From contig JANJGN010000021.1 in NCBI GenBank assembly GCA_026770705.1, forward strand, positions 100,068,001 to 100,132,000: a DNA stretch of 64,000 nt, in the 5' to 3' direction. The translations under genes were made by a program, and so were the position numbers. Source of the DNA: Isurus oxyrinchus. Lineage: Eukaryota. Every line of letters begins with the position of its first letter. Within the stretch, counting starts at the first letter, position 1. Positions 12,901-26,700 of this stretch are shown piece after piece. The notes below the pieces were generated by a model. It made no database searches. It worked only from the letters and a program-made list of their open reading frames with translations, and was not told the DNA's origin.

Positions 12901-13934
12901 ACCTTCTGTTTCAGAGGGGAGTGTGCTACCCACTTAGTCTAGCTGTTCTCAACTTGCCCTGTCACCTTCAGAGATTTGTGTACAAACCTTCCCAGGATTC
13001 TCTGTTCCTGCACCTAGTTTAAAATGGAACCATTGTGTTCATATTGTGTCCCATCATCCAAGTGGTTCACTACTACATGGAAGTACTGGAAATATGCCCC
13101 ACACTCAGATCTATGGTGGGTTATCAAAGGCAGATATAACTACTTGGGGAGATGGAGCTGGACAGGTTACATGTTGTCAGCTTCTGGCATATTCCAGATC
13201 CTAATCTGGAATGAGGGGCTGACATGGAGCAAGATCTTTGTGATCCAGTTAAAACTTTCTCTGGACAAGAGACATCCAAAAGATTCATTTCATCTTCTCT
13301 GATAATTTCCCTTGTGGTAACTTGTCAAAGGTTTTCCTGAAGTCCATGTACACTGCATCCGCCACATTTCTCCATCACAGTGTATGTTACCAACACAAAG
13401 AATGCTCGGAGCTTTGACAAGCACCATCTTCTCTTCTGAAATCTGTACTGGCTGCTAATTCGTTATCATTTTCTCTTGATGCAGATTTCTAATTATTTTA
13501 TTTCTAAAAGTCTCAGATTGTTCCCCACCAGTGGCATATGTTTTGAACGGAGGGCTGTACAGAGACAGGAAAGTAGAGCAAGAACCAAATTTCTCATAAC
13601 AATTGGAGGAGTGTTAAAAATTGCAGAAACAGGTGCTGGTTTGTAAAGCACAAAACAAATAATTTGTGAGACACAGGCTCCCTGATCCACAGCAATTAAT
13701 TCCTCCTAATCTGAGCCTGTGGTTTCAGTGCAACAACCCCTTCTTCTGCGCCACTGTAACTGCGAGCAACCCCCTGAACCCCCCAACCAACCGGGGAACA
13801 GACCCCTCACTAGATGCCCACTCCGCCTCACAGTGAAAGCAGTGTGAATTGGCTGTGAGTGAGTTGCATTCCGAGACTCTGTGCAGGTTAAACAGAGCGG
13901 ATCAGAGTAGGTTAAAAATTGTGGCCTGAAGTAG

Positions 13935-14104
13935 AGAAACTGCAGACATTTACAGTTTTATTTACACAGTAACAATGTAGAGCCACCACGATTCACTCGA
14001 TTCAATCTCGAGGAAATCACATCCTCCAGGATTCACTCATCCACTCCTCTCACTGATCTCGGGAACTGATATCCCTGGATTACTGGTCAGGACCTGGAAG
14101 GCCA
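13935..14104 (-). other. Probable terminal (3'UTR) exon 8 of the MHC class I gene
   Basis: Strong minus-strand acceptor TTTCTTTCTCTTCCCCAG at 14105. AATAAA lies at 13962-13957. The sequence is non-repetitive, and exon 7 ends in a donor site, so a further exon is required. Confidence 0.6.
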
Positions 14105-14239
14105 CTGGGGAAGAGAAAGAAATACATAGTTAGAGAAAGAGGAAAACCCAGCAGACCCAGCAGACACCCCCAACTAAATCCATTAGACCCAGAACAAAAC
14201 CCCTCAGACCCAGCAGACACCCTAACCTAAAACTGCAGA

Positions 14240-16083
14240 AACCTGGAAGAATACAGGAAGTCTAGGGGTGAAATTAAAAGGGAAATTTCAAAATCAAAGG
14301 GAGGGCATCAAAAAATAGATGCAAGTAAAATCAAGGAGCATCCAAAGATGCTTTACAAGTAGATAAAGAGCAAGAGGATAGCAACGGAAAGAGTACAGCC
14401 TATCAGAAGCCAACAAGATAACCTGTGTGAGGATGTGGTAAGGTTCTTAATGAAGACTTGGCAACTGTCTGTGGAAAACAGGGGACCTATGATGATATAA
14501 AGATGTGGTTCAGGAAGAACAGTGTAAATGGTTGAATGGGATAAACATTGCGAGAGGGGAACTATTAATAGGGTTGATGTCTTTGAAAGTAGACAAATCA
14601 CCAGGTTGTTAAAAGAAGCAAGGGAGGAAATTGAAGAGACTCTGACCATCATAATCATTCCTCCCTGACCACAGAAACAGTGGAAGAGGATTGAAGAACT
14701 GAGGAATTATAGACTAGTTAGCTTAACATCGGTGGTGGGAAAATTATTGGAATGAATTTTGAGGAACCTTCATTTAGAAGGACTTAGATTAATCAAGGAA
14801 AGTCAGCATGGATTTGTAAAGTGTACATCATCTCTGACTAAACTGATTGAATCTTTTGAAGGGGTAACAAGGAGGGTTGATGAGGGCAGTGCATCAGACG
14901 TGGTCAACATGAATTTGAATAACGCTTTAGACATGGTCTCATATGGCAGCCTGGGACCGACAGGGCAGTGGCAAATTGGATCCACAATTGCCTCAGTAAC
15001 AGGAAGCAAAGGTTAAGGGTGTTTTTGTGATTGGAAGGCTGTTGCAAGTGGAGGTTTCACAGGGGTCTGCACACACAGCCTGCTTTTTGTAGTTTATATG
15101 AATAATTTCAATTCAAATGTAGGTGTAATGATAAAGAAGTTTGCAGATGTTACAAACATTGTCCGTGTGATTGACAGTGAGAAGGAAAGCTTCAGACCGC
15201 AGGAAGATAGAAATGGTCTGGTCAGTTGGGGACAAAAATGGAAAACGGAATCCAACCTGAAAAAGTGAGAGGTAATGCATTTTGGAATGTGCAACAAGGC
15301 AAAGGGAACCCCCAGTAAATGGGGATAAATACTGAGTAATGTAGAGGAACAGAGAGACCTTGGAGTGTATATCCACAGACTGGTAAAGGTGCCAGGACAC
15401 ATCGAAAACGTGGGTAAGAAGATATATAGCCTGTTTCCCTTTATTAGCTGAGTCATAGAGCAGAGTGGTTATGCTAGAACTGTATACAACATTAGATAGA
15501 GCAGAGTGGTTAAGCTACAGCTACAGACAACATGAGATAGACTAAAGCAGAAACTGCAAACAGTCTGGCCAGCACATTACAGGAAAAGATGTGACTGCAC
15601 TGGAGGGATTGAAGAGGAGATTGTTTAATTGCTGCCGGGACTGGAGAATATTCATTTTGAGGAATGACTGGAGAGGATGGGGTGATTGTCTCTGGAACAG
15701 AGGAGGCCGAGGGAGGTTTAATTGCACAAAATTATGACTGGCCATGATGGCGTTAATATGACGACCTATTTAGCTGAACAGAGGGGTCAAAAACCAGGGG
15801 GCACAGATTTAAAGTAATTGGTAGAAGCATCAAAGGAGAAATGAGGAAGCAGTTTTTCACCCAGAGGGTGGTAGGGACCTGGAACTCACTGTCTGAAAGG
15901 GCAGGAGAGGCAGAAACTCTCATCACATTTAATAAATTCTGGACATCAACGTGATGAGCTGTGATCTGCAGGGCTGGGCACCTAGTGCAGGAAGGTGAGA
16001 TTGAGCTGGGGGGTTCCGTATTAATTGGCAGAGACACAATGGGCCAAATGGCTTTGTTCAGTATGGTAAATTTTCTATGTTTC
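14240..16083 (+). mobile_element. Decayed CR1 LINE ORF2 3' half (in the last class I intron)
   Basis: LIKESQHGFVK..SLTKLIE, KFAD.T, EQRDLGVYIH and FFTQRVVGTWNSL remnants, followed by a TTTTCTATGTTTC tail. Confidence 0.85.
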
Positions 16084-16084
16084 A

Positions 16085-19000
16085 GTGACCCACTCAAGTA
16101 GCACCAGCAAAACCCCATCAGACCCCAAACACCAGAAAAACATATCAGACCCCAAACACCAACAAAACCCATCAGACCCCAAACACCAGCAAAACCCATC
16201 AGACCCCAAACACCAGAAAAATCCATCAGACCCCAAACACCAGAAAAACCCAAGACACCCAAACACCATCAAAACCCATCAGACCCCCAAACACCAGAAA
16301 ATCACATCAGTTCCCCAAAGACCAGCGAAGCCAACAGACCCCAAACACCAACAAAACCCATCAAACCCCCAAAAACTAACAAAACCTATCAGACCCCAAA
16401 ACACCAACAAAACCTATCAGGCCCCAAACACCAGAAAAACCCATCAGAAACCAAACACCAGAAAAAACCAACAAACCCCAAACACCAGAGAAACCCATCA
16501 GACGCCCAAACTCCAGAAAAACCCATCAGACACCCAAACACCAACAAAAGCCATCAGACCCCAAAACACCAACAAAACCCATCAGACCCCCAAACACCAA
16601 CAAAACCCATCAGACCCTCAAACACCATCAAACGCCATCAGACCCTCAAACACCATCAAACCCTCAAACACCATCAAACCCCATCAGACCCCCAAACACC
16701 AACAAAACCTATCAGGCCCCAAACTCCAGAAAAACCCATCAGACACCCAAACACCAACAAAACCCATCAGACCCTCAAACACCAACAAAACCCATCTGAC
16801 ACCCAAACACCAACAAAACCCATCTGACACCCAAACACCAACAAAACCCATCAGACCCCAAAATACCAACAAAACCCATCAGACCCCCAAACACCAAAAA
16901 AACTCATTAGACCCCAAACACCAACAAAACCTATCAGGCCCCAAACTCCAGAAAAACCCATCAGACTCCCAAACACCAACAAAACCCATCAGACCCTCAA
17001 ACACCATCAAACCCCATCAGACCCTCAAACACCATCAAACCCTCAAACACCATCAAACCCATCAGACTCCCAAACACCAACAAATCCCATCAGATCGCCA
17101 AAACCTAACAAAACACATCAGACCCCCAAACACCAACAAAACCCATTAGACCCCAAACACCAACAAAACCCATCAGACACCCAAACACCAACAAAGCCCA
17201 TCTGACACCCAAACACCAACAAAACCCATCAGACCCCAAAACACCAACAAAACCCATCAGACCCCCAAACACCAACAAAAGTCATTAGACCCCAAACACC
17301 AACAAAACCTATCAGGCCCCAAACACCAGAAAAATCCATCAGAAACCAAACACCAGAAAAAACCATCAAACCCCAAACACCAGCAAAACCCAACAGACAC
17401 CCAAACACCATCAAAACCCAACAGACACCCAAACACCAGAAAATCACATCAGTTCCCCAAAGACCAGTGAAGCCAACAGACCCCAAACACCAACAAAACC
17501 CATCAGTCCCCCAAAAACTAACAAAACCTATCAGACCCCAAAACACCAGCAAAACCTATCAGACCCCCAAACACCAACAAAACCCATTAGACCCCAAACA
17601 CCAACAAAACCCATCAGACACCCAAACACCAACAAAACCCATCAGACACCCAAACACCAACAAAACCCATCAGACACCCAAACACCAACAAAACCCATCT
17701 GACACCCAAACACCAACAAAACCCATCTGACACCCAAACACAAACAAAACCCATCAGACCCCAAAACACCAACAAAACCCATCAGACCCCCAAACACCAA
17801 AAAAACTCATTAGACCCCAAACACCAACAAAACCTATCAGGCCCCAAACTCCAGAAAAACCCATCAGACACCCAAACACCAACAAAACCCATCAGACCCT
17901 CAAACACCAACAAAACCCATCTGAACCCAAACACCAACAAAACCCATCTGACACCCAAACACCAACAAAACCCATCAGACCCCAAAACACCAACAAAACC
18001 CATCAGACCCCCAAACACCAAAAAAACTCATTAGACCCCAAACACCAACAAAACCTATCAGGCCCCAAACTCCAGAAAAACCCATCAGACTCCCAAACAC
18101 CAATAAAACCCATCAGACCCTCAAACACCATCAAACCCCATCAGACCCTCAAACACCATCAAACCCTCAAACACCATCAAACCCCATCAGACCCCCAAAC
18201 ACCATCAAAACATCAGACCCCCAAACACTAACAAAACCCATCAGACCCCAAACACCAACAAAACCCATCAGACCCCCAAACACCAACAAAACCCATCAGA
18301 CCCCCAAACACCAGCAAAAATCAGCAGACCCCCAAACACCAGCAAAACCCAACAGAACCCCAAACACCAGAAAAGCACATCAGTTCCCCAAAGACCAGCG
18401 AAGGCAACAGACCCCAAACACCAACAAAACCCATCGGACCCCCAAAAACTAACAAAACCCCATCAGACCCCCAAACACCAACAAAACCCATCAGACCCCC
18501 AAAAACTAACAAAACCCATCAGACTCCCAAACACCAACAAATCCCATCAGACCCCCAAAAACTAACAAAACCCATCAGAGCCCCAAACACCAACAAAACC
18601 CATCAGACCCCCAAACACCAACAAAACCCATCAGACCCCCAAAAACTAACAAAACCCATCAGTGCCCCAAACACCAACAAAACCCATCAGAGCCCCAAAC
18701 ACCAACAAAACCCATCAGACCCCCAAAAACTAACAAAACCCATCAGAGCCCCAAACACCAACAAAACCCATCAGACCCCAAACACCAACAAAACCCATCA
18801 GACCCCAAACACCAGAAAAACCCATAAGACCACAAACACCAGAAAAACCCATAAGACCCCAAACTCCAGAAAACCCCATCAGACCCCCAAAGACCAAAAA
18901 AAATCCATCAGACCCCCAAAAACCAGCAAAACCCAAAAGACCCCCAAGTAACAGAAAAGCACATCAGTTCCCCAAAGACCAGCGAAACCAACAGACCCCA

Positions 19001-19780
19001 AAACACCAACAAAACCCATCAGACACCCAAAAACTAACAAAACCAATCAGACCCCAAAACACCAGCGAAACCCATCAGACCCCCAAACACCAGCGAAACC
19101 CATCAGACCCCAAACACCAGAAAAACCCATCAGACCTCCAAACACCAACAAAACCCATCAGACCCCAAACACCAACAAAACCCATCCGACCCCCAAACAC
19201 CAACAAAACCCCATCGGACCCCAAACACCAACAAAACCCATCAGACCCCCAAACACCAACAAAATACATTAGACCACAAACACCAACAAAACCCATCAGA
19301 CCCCCAAACACCAACAAAACCCACCAGATCTCCAAACACCAACAAAACCCCATCGGATTCCAAAAACCAACAAAACCCCATCAGACCCCAAACACCAACA
19401 AAATCCATCAGACCCCCAAACACCAACAAAACCCATCAGACCCCCAAACACCAACAAAACCCATCAGACCCCCAAACACCAACAAAACCCCATCAGACCC
19501 CAAACACCAACAAAATCCATCAGACCCCCAAACACCAACAAAACCCCATCAGACCCCAAACACCAACAAAATCCATCAGACCCCCAAACACCAACAAAAC
19601 CCATCAGACCCACAAACACCAGCAAAACCCATCAGACCCCCAAACACCAACAAAACCCATCAGACCCCCAAACACCAGCAAAACCCATCAGACCCCCAAA
19701 CACCAGCAAAACCCAGCAGACCCCCAAACACCAACAAAACCCAGCAGACCCATTCTCAAGAACCAGCAAACCCAATGTGC
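16085..19780. repeat. 28-29-bp satellite (CAGACCCCCAAACACCAACAAAACCCAT), intronic
   Basis: Direct periodicity with strong C/A strand bias. Decayed copies extend to ~19990 and also appear at 14140-14245. Confidence 0.95.
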
Positions 19781-20665
19781 AAACATCAGCAAACACTGGT
19801 CAAATCCATGTCCAAACATCAATGTAATCCATCAGACCCACTTCCGAAACACCGAAAACCTGTCAGACCCAGACATCGACAAAATATCAGAAGTACCGCA
19901 CCCGCACCCCTCCCCCAAAGACCACAAAAACCCACCCCCCAAAACATTAGCAAAACCAAGCACACCAACATCCTAAATAGCAGCAAAATCCACAAGGGCA
20001 CAGGAACTGGAGGAGGCTATTTCCTCGAGTCTGTTCCACCATTCAATGGGATCATGGCTGGTCTGTGGCCTAACTCCACATGGACCCGTCTTGGTCCCAT
20101 ATTCCTTACTTTTGAGATTTAGAGATTTCTCTTAACCAACGGTATTAACAGTTGATTGAGCATCAGTCGCCTTTGGAGGAAAAGAGTTCCAAGCTTTTAC
20201 CACCCTTAGAAGTGTTTCTAAGTTTCACTCTCAAGAGGCCTGGTTCTAATTTTTAGCCTGCAAACACCCAGCAATTCAGAATCCCATGGGAGTGACAACA
20301 TTAAATCCCAGTAACCAATTTCAGCAGAAACTCTGGGCACCTCAACTCCCTCAAAGGAAGTTGAGCAGCTGGCATGAGGTCAAGGCCAGGATGAGTTGTT
20401 TCCAGATGTTTCTACACACCAACCACCCCCATCCTTCACTCCCCACACGGTAGCTCCACCCTCAGTACCATACACAAACAGCCATCTCCTGAAGCCCAGT
20501 CTCAAAGCTCGGTGTTGAATTGTATGAGCTGCTCTTTAGTGATTATACAGGGAGCAACAGACACTCAGGTCACATTCCACCCACCAGATTGTACAGTTAA
20601 CACCAGCTGTAATATCCCAGTTAGAAGGAATCTGCTCCCACTATTGATCAAACACTATTCATACC

Positions 20666-20700
20666 TCAGAAACTGGGCGAGGAATCCCCTGTACCAGAAG
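20666..20700 (-). CDS. MHC class I exon 7 (cytoplasmic tail end, TSGTGDSSPSF*)
   Basis: Acceptor CTCTCCTTCCTTTAACAG, Ser-rich tail, TGA at 20668-20666 followed by G|GTATGA donor. Confidence 0.8.
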
Positions 20701-23700
20701 CTGTTAAAGGAAGGAGAGGCATTTAAAAACTGTTCATTATCAGAGAGATAGGAACAGAGCCAGTGCACGATATACAAAGGCAGAGAGACAGAGGGAGAGA
20801 GTCAGAAAAATCACAGAACTAGAGAAAGAATGGGTTATATATACAGATAAAAGAACACAGAAATGGACAGACACAAAGAGTCACGGAATGAGACAAATAC
20901 AAAAAGCAAGATAAACAGAGGAGAGAGAGATTCAGAGAGGTGAGAGGTGGGGGGTGACAAACACACAAACAGAGAGAGAGAAACACAGGGAAAGGAATAG
21001 ACACACACACACATGCAGACACACACACAGACACAGATAGCAATGAGGTATTAAGTTTATTTGACACAGAATGGAGAATGATTCACACAGTTACACACAG
21101 ATCCAGAGGATGTTTGAGGATCAGCTTACTCTGTGTAGGATTGTAGCCGCTCTTCCCTCTCACTGTAAAACAAGGAATGTTCAGTGAGTGATGAGAGACT
21201 GACAGAAAATCAGAGAGAAGAGGGACTGGAACTCTGAGTGAAAGAGAGAGATGGACCCTCCTTCACACTGAGACCCTCACTCCTGCCCAGACCCGAGCCC
21301 CTCGCTCCCGCCCTGACCCGAGCCCCTCACCAATCCTGGGACCTCCCCCTCTACCATGAGACCCTCACCACCCCGCACCTCGGGGCCCTTCCACCCACTC
21401 TCCCATCGACCTGTGACCTTACACAACGCCCTGAGCCACTGAACCCCGAGACCCTTCACCCAACCCTGAGGAACAGCCCAGCAACCTGGGCCATTCCTTC
21501 ATAAACTAAGATCCGCTCCCCTACAGCCTGAGCCATCCCTACCCTGAGACCCTCCCCCAAACACGTAGGTTCCTCCCCCCACACTGAGCCCCTCACAATC
21601 CCCCACGAGACCTCCCACCCACCCCCACACTGGGCGACCCTCTCTCAACCCCTCCAAAACCCTGAACCGCCAGTGAGGGGCTACCATTGTCTTTCCAATT
21701 CCTACCTTTCCTCTTATAGACGACAACAGCCACAACGATGAGAGCGATGATCCCGATGATCCCGAGGATAATCCCAACCGGAACAGGAACCTGGGACTGA
21801 GACTTTGGTTCTGTGATATTAAAGTGAGAGTGAGTGAGGGTGTGAGAGAGCTAGAGGGAGAGATGGAGAGGAAGAGAGAGAGAATGAGAGAGAGAGAGCA
21901 CGAGTGGGAGGGAATGAATGAGAGAAAGAGAGAATCAGTGAGAAAATCAGGATTATGTCGGGTTATAAGGCACAAAAACAGGCCATTCAGCCCGAACAGT
22001 CCATGCTGGTGTTTATGCTCCATTCCTGCCTCCTCCCATCTTTCCTCATCACTTTCCATCATCATAACCCTCTGTTCCCTTCTCTCTCATGTAGGTGTCC
22101 AGCTTCCCCTTAAACTCGTCCACACTATCTGCTCCAACCACTCCCTGTGGTACTGAGCTCCACATTCTCACTGCTCTCTGGGCAAAGGAGTTTCTTCTGA
22201 ATTCCCTTTTAGATTTTGTGGTCACTATTTTATATCGATGGCTCCTAGAGGAAGAAAATCCTCTTTGTATCGACTTTATTGAAACATTTTCATCATTTTA
22301 AAGATATTGGGTCACGCTTCAGCCTGATTTTTCAAGAGAAAAGAGACCCAACCTATGAATCCTTTCCCAATATGTATACCCACGCATTTCTGGGATCATC
22401 ATTGTGAATCTTCTCTGCACCCTCTCCAATGCCTCAATATCATTGTTACAATATCATGACCAGAACTGCACACAGTACTATAAGGATGCTCTAACTAAGG
22501 TTCAACACAGGTTTAGCATCGCTTCCCTACTTTTCAATTCTATCCCTCCAGAATTAAAACTTAGTGCTGGATTGTTTTTATCTTTTATGTCCTTCCTAAC
22601 CTGCGGTGGAAATTCTACTGATTGATGTATTTCTACTCCCAGATTCCTTTGTTCCTCTATCCCATCCAGACTCGCAGCTTCCAAGTAAGAATTCACCTCC
22701 CTATTCTTCCTACCAAAATATACTTGCTCTCATCTGTGTTGAACTTCATTTGCTATTTATACAAGTTTATTACTGTCCTCCTGTAATGTGCAGCAGTCCT
22801 CCTCAGTATTGATTCTCCATCCCAATCTGGTGTCATCCATGAATTTAGAAATTTTGTTTTTATTTCCAAATGGTTTATGTAAATTGTGAACAGCAGTGGT
22901 CCCAGCACTGATCCATGTGGAACACCATTACCCATCTTCTGACACTTTGAATAACTCTCCTTTACTCCCTCTCTCTGCTTTCTCTCTTGAACCCAGCTAG
23001 CAATCCATTCTGTCACTTATCCCCTGGCTCCACATTCTCTGACTCTATTATGGGGCAGCTTATCAGAGGTCTTTTAAAAATCCAGATAAATTAAAGTTAC
23101 TGCATCATTCTTGTATACTCTCTCTCTCTCAAAAATAGAATAAGGTTGGCAAAAAAAGATTTCCCTTTTTAAAATCCATGTTGACCATTCATATACATAT
23201 TCTTTCTTTCTAGATGTTCTTCTATTCTCTCCTTTAGGAGGGATTACATTATTTTTCCAATCATCAACGTTAAGCTGACTGATATTAAATTCCAGGTTAC
23301 ACTGGGCCCTATCACACTCTTATATCCCAGGACAGAATTAATCCTATCCCACTGTAACATTCCAGGATACACTGGATCCTGTCATACTGTACTTCCCTAT
23401 ATTTCACAGGGTCCTGCCATACTGTCCTATCCCAGGATTCACGGGGTCTGTCATACCAGCCTGTCCCGATTCACTGGCTTCTGTTATACTGTATTAACCT
23501 AGGAATCACAGGGTCCTGTCACCTACACTATCCCAGGATTCAGTGCTTTACATTATGCTGTACCATCCCAGGATTCACTGGTTTTTGTCATACTGTACTA
23601 TGCATGGATTCACTGGTTCCTCTCATACTATATATCCCAGGATACACTGGTTGCTGTAATACTGCACTATCCCACAAATCCATGCTTTCTGATGTACCAT

Positions 23701-26700
23701 ACTATTCCAGGATTAACAGGGTCCGGTCAGATTATATGGATTCAATGGTTACAATCATGTTGTACTATCCCACTATTCACTGCTTTCTGTCGTACTGTAT
23801 GATCACAGGATCACAAGGTCCTGTCATACTGTACTGTCCAAGGGTTCACTGGTTTCTGTCATACTGTATTATCCCAGGACTCACAGGTTTCTGTCATACT
23901 GTACTGTCCTAAGGTTCACTGGTTTCTGTCATACTCTACTGTCCAAGGGTTCGTTAGTTTCTGTCCTACTGTACTATCCTGTGATTCACAGCATCCTGTC
24001 ATACTGTACTATCTCAGGGTTCACTAGTTACTGTCATACTGTACTGTCCAAGGGTTAACTGGTTTCTGTCATGCTGTATTATCCCAGGATTCACTGGTTT
24101 CTGTCATACTGTACTGTCCAAGGGTTCACTCATTTATGTCATACTGTAGTGTCCAAGGGTTCACTGATTTCTGTCATACTGTACTGTCCAAGGGTTCACT
24201 GCTTTCTGTCATACTGTACTATCCCAGGATTCACTGGTTTCTGTCATACTGTACTGTCCAAGGGTTCAGTGGTTTCTGTCATACTGTACTGTCCAAGGGT
24301 TCATTGTTTTCTGTCCTACTGTACTATCCTATAATTCACAGCTTCTTGTCATACTGTACTATTCCAGGGTTCACTGGGTTCTGACATTCTGTACTAATTG
24401 GGATTCACTGGTTCCTGTCATGCTGTATTATCCCAAGTTTTAGAGGGTCCTATCATACTGCACTATACCAGTATTCTCAGACGTCTGTCATACTGAACTA
24501 TCCCAGGATTCACTGGTTTCTGTCATATTGTACTGTCCAAGGGTTCATTGATTTCTGTCCTACTGTACTATCCTATAGTTCACAGCATCCTGTCATACTG
24601 TACTATCCCAGGGTTCACTAGGTTCTGCCATTCTGTACTGTCCCAGGATTCACTGGTTCCAGTCATGCTGTACTATCCCAGGAGTCAGAGGGCCCTATCA
24701 TACTACACTATCCCAGTATACTCTGATTTCTGTCATACTGAAGTATCTCAGGATTCACTGGGTCCTGTCATACTATGCTATCTCAGGATTAACTGGTTGC
24801 TGTGATACTGGACTATCCCATGAATCACTGGTTTCTGATGTACTGTACTATTCCAGAATTCACAGGGTGCTGTCATAGTGTACTATCCCAGGATTCATTG
24901 CTTTCTGTCATACTGTACTATCCCAGGGTTCACAAGGTCCTGTCAATAATGTACTATCTCAGGCTTCACTCATTCCTGTCACACTGTACTAGCCCAGGAT
25001 CAACAGGGTCCTGTCATACTGTACTGTCCCAGGATTCACTGGATTCTGTCATACTGTACCATCCTACTGTTCATGGTATCCTGCCAGACTGTACTCTCCC
25101 AGGATTCATTGGTTTATGTCATACTATACTATTGTATGATTCATGGTGTCCAGTAATACTGTAATATTCCAGGATTCACTGGGTCCTGTGTTCTCTGTAC
25201 TAGCCCAAGATTCATGCAGTCCTGTCATACTACACTAACCCAGGGTTCTCAAGGTCCTGTCACATTGTATTATCCCAGGATTCACAGGGTCCTGTCATAT
25301 TGGACTATCCCATGATTCACAGATTTCTATCATACTCTGTTTTCCCAGGATGCACAGGGTCCTGCCATACTTTACTCTCTCAGGATTCACTGGTTTCTGT
25401 CATACTGCACTATCATATGATTCACAGGGTCCTGTCATACTGTACTATCCCAGCATTCACTGGGTACTGTGTTTATTGCATTAGTTTCATGAGGTCCTGT
25501 CATTCTACACTACCCCAGGAATCACAGCGTCCTGTCATAATATACTATCGCAGGATTCACTGCTTTCTGCCATACTGTGCTATCTCAGGATTCTCAAGGT
25601 CCTGTCATTCTGTACTATCCCACTGGGTCCTGTCTTACTATACTATCTCGTGATTAACTGGTTGCTGTGATACTGTACTGTCCCAGGGTTCACTGGTTTC
25701 TGACATACTGTATTTTCCCAGGATGCACAGGGTGCTGTAATACAGTATTGTTCCAAGGTCACTGGTTTTGGTCATACTGTACTACCCTATTATTCATGGG
25801 GTCCTGTAATACTATACTCTTCCAGGATTCACTGGGTCCTGTGTTTTCTGCACTAGCCCAAAATTCATGAGGTCCTGTCATACTCCACTACCCCAGGATA
25901 CTCAAGGTCCTGTCACACTGTACTATCCCAGGAATCATGTGGTCCTTTACTATTGTACTATTTTAGGATTAACTGTTTTATTGAGGAAGAAATATGTGCA
26001 CAGATAATCTATCTCCACTTGGAGAGGCAAGGTTTGATCAGTCATCATGGCTTTGTCAGAGGGAGGCCATGCCTAACAAATTTGATTGAATTTTTTGAGG
26101 AAGTGACCAGAGTGGATAGGGAGCAGCTGTTCCCCTTAGTTGAAGGGTCAGTCACAAGTGGACATAAGTTCAAGGTATGGGGCAGGAGGTTTAGGGGGGA
26201 TGTGAGGGAAAATGTTTTTACCCGGAGAGTGGTGACGGTCTGAAATGCACTGCATGGGAGGGTGGTGGAGGCGGGTTGCCTCACATCTTTTAAAAGGTAC
26301 CTGGGTGAGCACTTAGCACGTCATAACATTCAAGGCTATGGGCCAAGTGCTGGTAAATGGGATTAGGTAAGTAGGTCAGGTGTTTCAGGTGCAGGCTCGA
26401 TGGGCCGAAGGGACACTTATGCACTGTGTGATTCTGTGATACACTACCCCAGGATTCTCAAGGTCCTGTCACACTGTACGATCCCAGGATTCATGAGGTC
26501 CTTTAATACTGTACTATTCCAGGATTCACAGGGTCCTGCCATACTGCACTATCCCAGGGTTCACTGGTTTCTGTCATGCTGTAGTATTCCAGGATTCATT
26601 GATTTCTGCCATACTGTGCTATCCCAGGATTCTCAAGGTTACGTCATTCTGTACTATCCCAGGATTCATGGGGTCCTGTGTTTCCTGTACGAGCCCAGAA

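Noticed and set aside
21499-22065. 188-aa minus-strand ORF
   Set aside because: It is out of frame with the real TM exon, which is defined by splice sites at 21810 and 21706.
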